Positions 59,404 to 64,000 of a stretch of 64,000 nt of DNA are shown piece after piece. A program made the translations under genes and the position numbers. Position 1 is the stretch's first letter. Each line of letters starts with the position of its first letter. Source of the stretch: an uncultured Bacteroidales bacterium (GTDB lineage: Bacteria > Bacteroidota > Bacteroidia > Bacteroidales > CAIWKO01); contig CAIWKO010000045.1 in NCBI GenBank assembly GCA_903913285.1, positions 4,068 through 68,067 of the forward strand. The letters run 5' to 3'. The notes beneath the pieces were generated by a model. The model ran no database searches and had not been told where the DNA came from. It worked only from the letters and a program-made list of their open reading frames with translations.

Positions 59404-59949
59404 CTAGTAAGGCCTAACAGTAATCGAATCCGTTTCTTCGGTTTGCTTATTGTATTGTTCCCAGCTTTTGTGATAGCGTTGTTTGTTGAAGGTTTCGTAA
59501 TAGTTTTTGCCCGTCATCAGGGTGGGAACCAGGCTGTATAAAATTATAAATAAGCCGGGCAGGAGCAGGTTCATCACAAAATATGTTCTTAGTTTGGCAA
59601 CCCAAAGCGTTTTTATATAAACTATCATGAGGGCAAAAAGCACTAAATACAGCGAGAAAGCCCCAAGCAAAACGTATTGCCAGTCTTCGTACTCCTGATA
59701 GGCGAATATAAATGCTATAAAACAAAGGCCTTGCAACAGCAGCGAAATGGCATTGAATTCGTGTAGAAACCAATATTTTTTAAACCTTCCGTGTGTAATT
59801 ATCATTTGCAGCACCGAAAGGATATTTAAAATGATGAACGAAACTATAATGACTGTTTGCAGAACCGGATAGCACTCATAAACCTGAATGATAAGACAGA
59901 TAAGCGAAATAAACAGAAAAGCAACACGAACAATTGCTGTGGTTCTCAT
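59404..59949 (-). CDS. Hypothetical integral membrane protein with about 5 TM helices.
   Basis: The protein is 181 aa and strongly hydrophobic, with regularly spaced TM segments. I recognise no family. Confidence 0.55.
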   Translation of the reverse strand: MRTTAIVRVAFLFISLICLIIQVYECYPVLQTVIIVSFIILNILSVLQMIITHGRFKKYWFLHEFNAISLLLQGLCFIAFIFAYQEYEDWQYVLLGAFSLYLVLFALMIVYIKTLWVAKLRTYFVMNLLLPGLFIILYSLVPTLMTGKNYYETFNKQRYHKSWEQYNKQTEETDSITVRPY

Positions 59950-60119
59950 TTTGTTTTATTAAAAAAGCGACGCCAATAATAATTAAATGTGCGTACAAAA
60001 TTAACAAATAATTTACCAAAAAGCAAACGAATTCCGATTTATTTTAACATGAAACAAAAGTTAACGAAATCAAAATTAGTTCCAACACAAGTGATACACA
60101 CAAAATGGATTTTACCCTG

Positions 60120-60375
60120 ATGGGGGAGGGAAAAATTAAGGTAACACTATTTCGTCCCGCTTCCTTTCAGTCAGGCTGAGCCGTCCCGCGTCATCCTGAG
60201 GAGCGAAGCGTCTCGAAGGAAAGCGGGCCCTCTTTCACCTTTCACCTCATTTGGGCGCGTCCCGCCTAATCGGCGGGTCGGGCTGTCAGCTCATAGTCCT
60301 CGCTTCGCTGCGGGCTAGGAGTTTATCCCGATAATTATTTATCGGGGCTTCCATCCCTCGCGCGGTTGGCAAACA
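60120..60375. repeat. GC-rich composite intergenic element of about 250 bp with multiple nested hairpins.
   Basis: CGTCCCGC occurs three times (about 60152, 60182 and 60258). Hairpins are cccgcc-taatc-ggcggg and cccgataa-ttat-ttatcggg (8-bp perfect). The inverted pair cccgcttcctttc / gaaggaaagcggg is also present. The element is embedded in AT-rich DNA upstream of nhaD. Confidence 0.7.
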
Positions 60376-60434
60376 GCCTTCAATCTTATTTTTGTTCAAT
60401 TACAACATTATGATTCTTTATTTTGAATTAATAG

Positions 60435-60442
60435 TATTTTTG
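60435..60442 (+). promoter_or_regulatory. Candidate -7 promoter box (TAnnTTTG) for nhaD.
   Basis: TATTTTTG lies 58 nt upstream of the ATG at 60501. Confidence 0.35.
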
Positions 60443-60500
60443 TAAGGTTTAATGCTAATAGTAATAAAAAGGTAATTATAAATAAAATATCACTAACACG

Positions 60501-61784
60501 ATGACCATTATTATAATAACCATTTTTATTGTTGGATATGGATTCATTGCTGTTGAAAATTCAATAAAAATAAACAAAGCAGCATCGGCTCTCCTCACAG
60601 GGGTACTTTGCTGGATGGTTTATATACTTTTTGCACCCGACAAACTGCTTGTTGCCGGAGAACTAACCGGGCATTTAGGTGAACTGTCGGGCATTTTATT
60701 TTTCTTGTTGGGAGCTATGACTATTGTGGAACTGATTGATGCCCACGATGGTTTTGAGATCATTACAAACAGAATAGATCAGACCGATAAACGAAAATTA
60801 TTATGGATAGTGGCTTTCATAACATTTTTCCTCTCTGCCGTTTTAGACAATTTAACCACCACCATTGTCGTCATCTCGCTTCTGCGCAAACTTATCCGCG
60901 ACGATAAAGATCGTATGTTTTTTGCAGGCATTGTCGTATTGGCTGCCAATGCAGGAGGAACTTGGTCGCCCATCGGAGATGTAACCACAACTATGCTGTG
61001 GATCGGTGGACAAATTACGGCCGGAAAGATCATTTTAAAACTGATACTACCGGGTTTAATGAGCTTGGTCGTACCTTTAATTTATCTCACATTTAAACTC
61101 AAAGGAAAAGTTCAACGTCCTGTTGCATTGGTCAGTGAAACAAACCAAACTCTTTCTACAAAACATCAATCCATAGTTTTCTTTTCGGGAATCATCATAT
61201 TATTGTTGGTTCCGGTTTTCAAAGTCATAACACATTTGCCGCCCTATATGGGAATCCTTCTCGGGCTTGCTTTGCTTTGGATCATAACCGCTGTTATGCA
61301 CTCAAAAAAAGAAGAACAACATAAACGCAAACTTTCAGTTGGCAATGCATTGCGCAAGATTGACATCCAGAGCATTCTTTTTTTTCTGGGCATCTTACTC
61401 AGTGTTGCTGCCCTGCAATCTGTCGGCACTCTTTTCAATCTGGCGCAATGGCTAACCATCAGTGTTCATAACAACAATATTGTTGTCATGTCTGTTGGAT
61501 TGCTGTCGTCTGTTATCGACAACGTTCCTTTGGTTGCTGCTGTGCAGGGCATGTATTCTTTGGATCAATTTCCAACCGACCATTATTTTTGGGAATTTCT
61601 GGCCTATTGTGCCGGAACCGGTGGCAGCATTCTTATAATAGGTTCGGCCGCAGGTATTGCAGCCATGGGAATCGAAAAAATAACATTCTTTTGGTATTTG
61701 CGCAAAATATCATTGTTAGCTTTACTGGGTTTTTTCGCAGGTGCCTTAACCTATATCCTCCAAAATCAACGGTTATTTTTATAA
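60501..61784 (+). CDS. nhaD: NhaD/ArsB-superfamily Na+/H+ antiporter.
   Basis: The protein is 427 aa with about 11-12 TM helices. It contains FFLLGAMTIVELIDAHDGF, LSAVLDNLTTT, ANAGGTWSPIGDVTTTMLW and SSVIDNVPLVA. Confidence 0.8.
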   Translation: MTIIIITIFIVGYGFIAVENSIKINKAASALLTGVLCWMVYILFAPDKLLVAGELTGHLGELSGILFFLLGAMTIVELIDAHDGFEIITNRIDQTDKRKLLWIVAFITFFLSAVLDNLTTTIVVISLLRKLIRDDKDRMFFAGIVVLAANAGGTWSPIGDVTTTMLWIGGQITAGKIILKLILPGLMSLVVPLIYLTFKLKGKVQRPVALVSETNQTLSTKHQSIVFFSGIIILLLVPVFKVITHLPPYMGILLGLALLWIITAVMHSKKEEQHKRKLSVGNALRKIDIQSILFFLGILLSVAALQSVGTLFNLAQWLTISVHNNNIVVMSVGLLSSVIDNVPLVAAVQGMYSLDQFPTDHYFWEFLAYCAGTGGSILIIGSAAGIAAMGIEKITFFWYLRKISLLALLGFFAGALTYILQNQRLFL

Positions 61785-61845
61785 TAGAATTAGTAGATTG
61801 CTGTAGTTCGAATCTATTCCATTTTAACTTGTTGTATTAAAATAG

Positions 61846-61965
61846 CCCCGATTCGGCTGAGGTTCCAACCTCAGTTAGGTCGTGGTTCCACCTCGGTCTT
61901 CCTATCCTTTCAGACTTTGCCTGAAAATCATCCTTATCATTTAATCAAATTAATCAGCGGTTCAG
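61846..61965. repeat. Composite intergenic repeat containing the CTGAGGTTCCAACCTCAG hairpin.
   Basis: The sequence begins ccccgattcgg, followed by ctgagg-ttccaa-cctcag (61857-61874). A degenerate second copy cgtggttccacctcgg is at 61881-61896. The tail is tccttatcatttaatcaaattaatcagcggttcagac. Confidence 0.7.
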
Positions 61966-62119
61966 ACAATTGCATAAAAAAAGCACAAAGCAATATGAAA
62001 TTTGATTTCAAAGAAAAGAAATAATTTGCATAACATTCTCTTTTTTGTATATTTGTTGTCTATTGTTTCATAATCATTAAAGTTGTTGGCTTAGTTGCAG
62101 ATGGTAATCACTTATCACG

Positions 62120-62332
62120 ATGAGTTCAACAACTTCTTTTAAGAAAATGAAGAAAAAAATTTTTTCAATCGACTCCTATTTTTTCTTATACTATGGTTTA
62201 GTATTTGTTGCCGCTATGATCTATTATGTTTCGGTGGCCAACGGTTTTTGGTGGAGCATGGTGGGTGTCCTAAAAGCATTGGCATGGCCCGTATTCATAG
62301 TATATGATATTGTGCGGCATTTTGTAAAGTAA
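62120..62332 (+). CDS. Small two-TM membrane protein of 70 aa.
   Basis: It has a basic N-terminus (KKMKKK) followed by two hydrophobic helices. I recognise no family. Confidence 0.45.
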   Translation: MSSTTSFKKMKKKIFSIDSYFFLYYGLVFVAAMIYYVSVANGFWWSMVGVLKALAWPVFIVYDIVRHFVK

Positions 62333-62409
62333 TATAAGCATTCAAAAAAAATCACTTTAAAAATAAAAATTACAAACCAACGTTATTATATAACAAAATC
62401 CAACACACC

Positions 62410-62646
62410 ATGAAAGCCCGAAAAAGATTTTTATTGCGCGACCAGCACCAAAACAAAGTGGCTACCGTAATCACATTTTTCGACACGGTCATGGGTCGTG
62501 AAATCGGATTTATCACCACATTCGATTATAACAATCACGTCTCTGACACTTTCATTAAAACCCCCGATGTCGATATAATTGCCGACTTGGCCTCACGCCT
62601 CGGTGTCACGTATCACGATTATATCGAAGTTCCCGTATCAAAGTAA
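62410..62646 (+). CDS. Hypothetical protein of 78 aa.
   Basis: The ORF has an ATG start, and a hairpin repeat plus a T run lie downstream. I recognise no family. Confidence 0.4.
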   Translation: MKARKRFLLRDQHQNKVATVITFFDTVMGREIGFITTFDYNNHVSDTFIKTPDVDIIADLASRLGVTYHDYIEVPVSK

Positions 62647-62677
62647 ATTCGTTTTAAACTTCTGAATTCCTTTTTCG

Positions 62678-62710
62678 CCCCGTACGGCTGAAGTTCAAAC
62701 CTCAGGGTTT
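62678..62710. repeat. Second copy of the CCCCGnnnCGG-CTGARGTTCMAACCTCAG hairpin repeat, here terminator-like.
   Basis: The sequence is ccccgtacgg followed by ctgaag-ttcaaa-cctcag and then ggtttttatt. It lies 30 nt after the stop of the 62410-62646 ORF. Confidence 0.65.
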
Positions 62711-62724
62711 TTATTAATATTTTT

Positions 62725-63315
62725 TCATTTATTATCCTCCAAATATTTGTCAATTACTGGTTTCATTTTGTCGTATACTTCTGTTTTAGCTCTTTCATCA
62801 GTATTACTTCCGCATTGTACAAATCTAAGAATACCTTTTTTATCTATTACCATATTCATCGGCCAACCTCCGATAATACAAAAAGTAACAGTTGTGTTCG
62901 GATAATTTGTTATTACATTATATTTGAATCCCGTTTTTTTTATAAAACCTTTTGCAACTTCTGTTATATCCTTTGAAAAAGAAATAAAAACAACGTCCTT
63001 ACCTTTATATTCATCAACCAATTTATTAAGTGCGGGCACTTCAGCCACGCATGGTTCACAAGCAGCAAAAGAAAAATTCAATACGATTACTTTGCCGGTT
63101 AATTTTTTTAAAGAAAAAAACTTACCATTTATTGACTTTGTTTCAAAATCAGGTAATTTACAACCAATCAATCTTTGCAAAATTGAATCGTTTCTTGCAG
63201 GAAAATCAAGTTCCGAATTTTCAAAATTCTTCATACAATTTTCAAAACAATTTTCCTGTGCCGATACAACACCTGAGAATAATAGGCTAATCAAAATAAT
63301 AACAACTTTTTTCAT
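62725..63315 (-). CDS. TlpA/redoxin-family thioredoxin-fold protein.
   Basis: The protein is 196 aa with a signal peptide. It contains VLNFSFAACEPCVAEVPALNKL (a CxxC) and GWPMNMVIDKKG. Confidence 0.8.
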   Translation of the reverse strand: MKKVVIILISLLFSGVVSAQENCFENCMKNFENSELDFPARNDSILQRLIGCKLPDFETKSINGKFFSLKKLTGKVIVLNFSFAACEPCVAEVPALNKLVDEYKGKDVVFISFSKDITEVAKGFIKKTGFKYNVITNYPNTTVTFCIIGGWPMNMVIDKKGILRFVQCGSNTDERAKTEVYDKMKPVIDKYLEDNK

Positions 63316-63380
63316 ACCCCTGATTTTAATTTAACATCCTAAGACTTCAACAAAAAAATAAATAAAAAATTCCCGTTTCA

Positions 63381-63421
63381 TCTGAGCTTCCACCTCAGTT
63401 CGGGTGAGGTTCCACCTCAGT
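63381..63421. repeat. Two further tandem copies of the CTGAG(G/C)TTCCACCTCAG hairpin repeat.
   Basis: ctgagcttccacctcag is at 63382-63398 and tgaggttccacctcag at 63405-63420. Both lie between two minus-strand genes. Confidence 0.65.
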
Positions 63422-63441
63422 CGTTTTTATTTCTCTTCAAA

Positions 63442-63906
63442 TTATTTTGCATCCTTTGCCCAAGTTTTTGATGCATCAGATAATTGTTTATCCAAAAACT
63501 TAAAATAATCGGAATTTTTATCCATTATTTTTCTGTCTTCTATTCCCTTAATTATATGCCCATTCTCCAAATAATATTTTTCATTTAAAGTAACTTGCAA
63601 ATTTTCTTCCGTCCAGGTGTTTTCAACGTAAATTAAAAAGCCATCTGAAAAATACCATTCCGCTTTTTTTAGCTTATAATTATCTACGTACCAAGACGTA
63701 CAATTTTTGACTGTTTTTTTAAGGCGATAAATAATTCTGACATTATTACTACTATCTTTCCAATTTTTTACCTCTGCTTTATATATGCCAATATTTTTTT
63801 TAATTTCAAAAACTTTCTTATTAATAGCCGTAATTTGGCTATCACTCTGCGAAAAAAGATTTACTGATTGTATCAGAAATGCCAAAATAAAGATGATTGT
63901 TTTCAT
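63442..63906 (-). CDS. Hypothetical secreted protein.
   Basis: The start is moved to MKTIIFILAFLIQSVNLFSQ, which is a signal peptide. The protein is about 154 aa. I recognise no family. Confidence 0.5.
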   Translation of the reverse strand: MKTIIFILAFLIQSVNLFSQSDSQITAINKKVFEIKKNIGIYKAEVKNWKDSSNNVRIIYRLKKTVKNCTSWYVDNYKLKKAEWYFSDGFLIYVENTWTEENLQVTLNEKYYLENGHIIKGIEDRKIMDKNSDYFKFLDKQLSDASKTWAKDAK

Positions 63907-64000
63907 GTTTTTGCTTTTGGTTAATATTAAAAAGAAAATACCTGTTCTTGAATCATTTCCTTCCCTCAAAAATACAAATTAATTCAATAACCTAAAAAAA

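Noticed and set aside
60120-60375. Known housekeeping ncRNA (RNase P RNA, tmRNA or SRP RNA) in the GC-rich block.
   Set aside because: None of the conserved cores I remember is present. These include the RNase P GGAAAGUCCGGGCU-type P4 region, a tmRNA tag ORF with a tRNA-like end, and the SRP GGAA/AGCA motifs. The block contains internally repeated octamers more typical of repeat debris.

Overview
The window reads as a chromosomal segment of a Bacteroidota genome. Supporting evidence is the T9SS translocon gene sprA, T9SS C-terminal sorting domains on secreted proteins, a GldA-like ABC ATPase, TAnnTTTG-type promoter boxes and many lipoproteins. Most of it is densely packed housekeeping and envelope genes. 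These include prs-rplY-pth, cobB, a malic enzyme, ruvA-sprA, gcvH, tonB, a coaX-OMP-lptC-corC-ppiD envelope operon, tRNA-Phe, tilS, dsbD, trmB, kdsB, a deoxynucleoside kinase, metK, tRNA-Arg and nhaD. Accessory-looking genes are a giant multi-domain T9SS adhesin (HYR repeats, an ALK/LTK-type glycine-rich domain and nine 85-aa tandem modules) that is split by a frameshift, a GH92 mannosidase with an isomerase-like gene and a LysE exporter, a three-gene thioredoxin-fold outer-membrane cluster, and a 1869-aa thioester-type alpha-2-macroglobulin. I did not recognise a canonical defence, toxin or mobile-element system. The most unusual unexplained signal is a 42-bp tandem array of about 8.3 copies, packed with the palindrome CAATATTG, inside a 1.3-kb gene-poor gap at 21.6-22.9 kb. 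Other signals worth a second look are listed here.
- A truncated duplicate of the 3' half of tRNA-Arg, interrupted by a 35-nt palindrome.
- Several families of GC-rich or hairpin intergenic repeats at 59-63.5 kb.
- A strong GC-content mosaic across the window.
- An alkyltransferase-like (Cys to Ala) MGMT homolog.
All functional calls come from reading the supplied translations and from motif memory. No database search was run.
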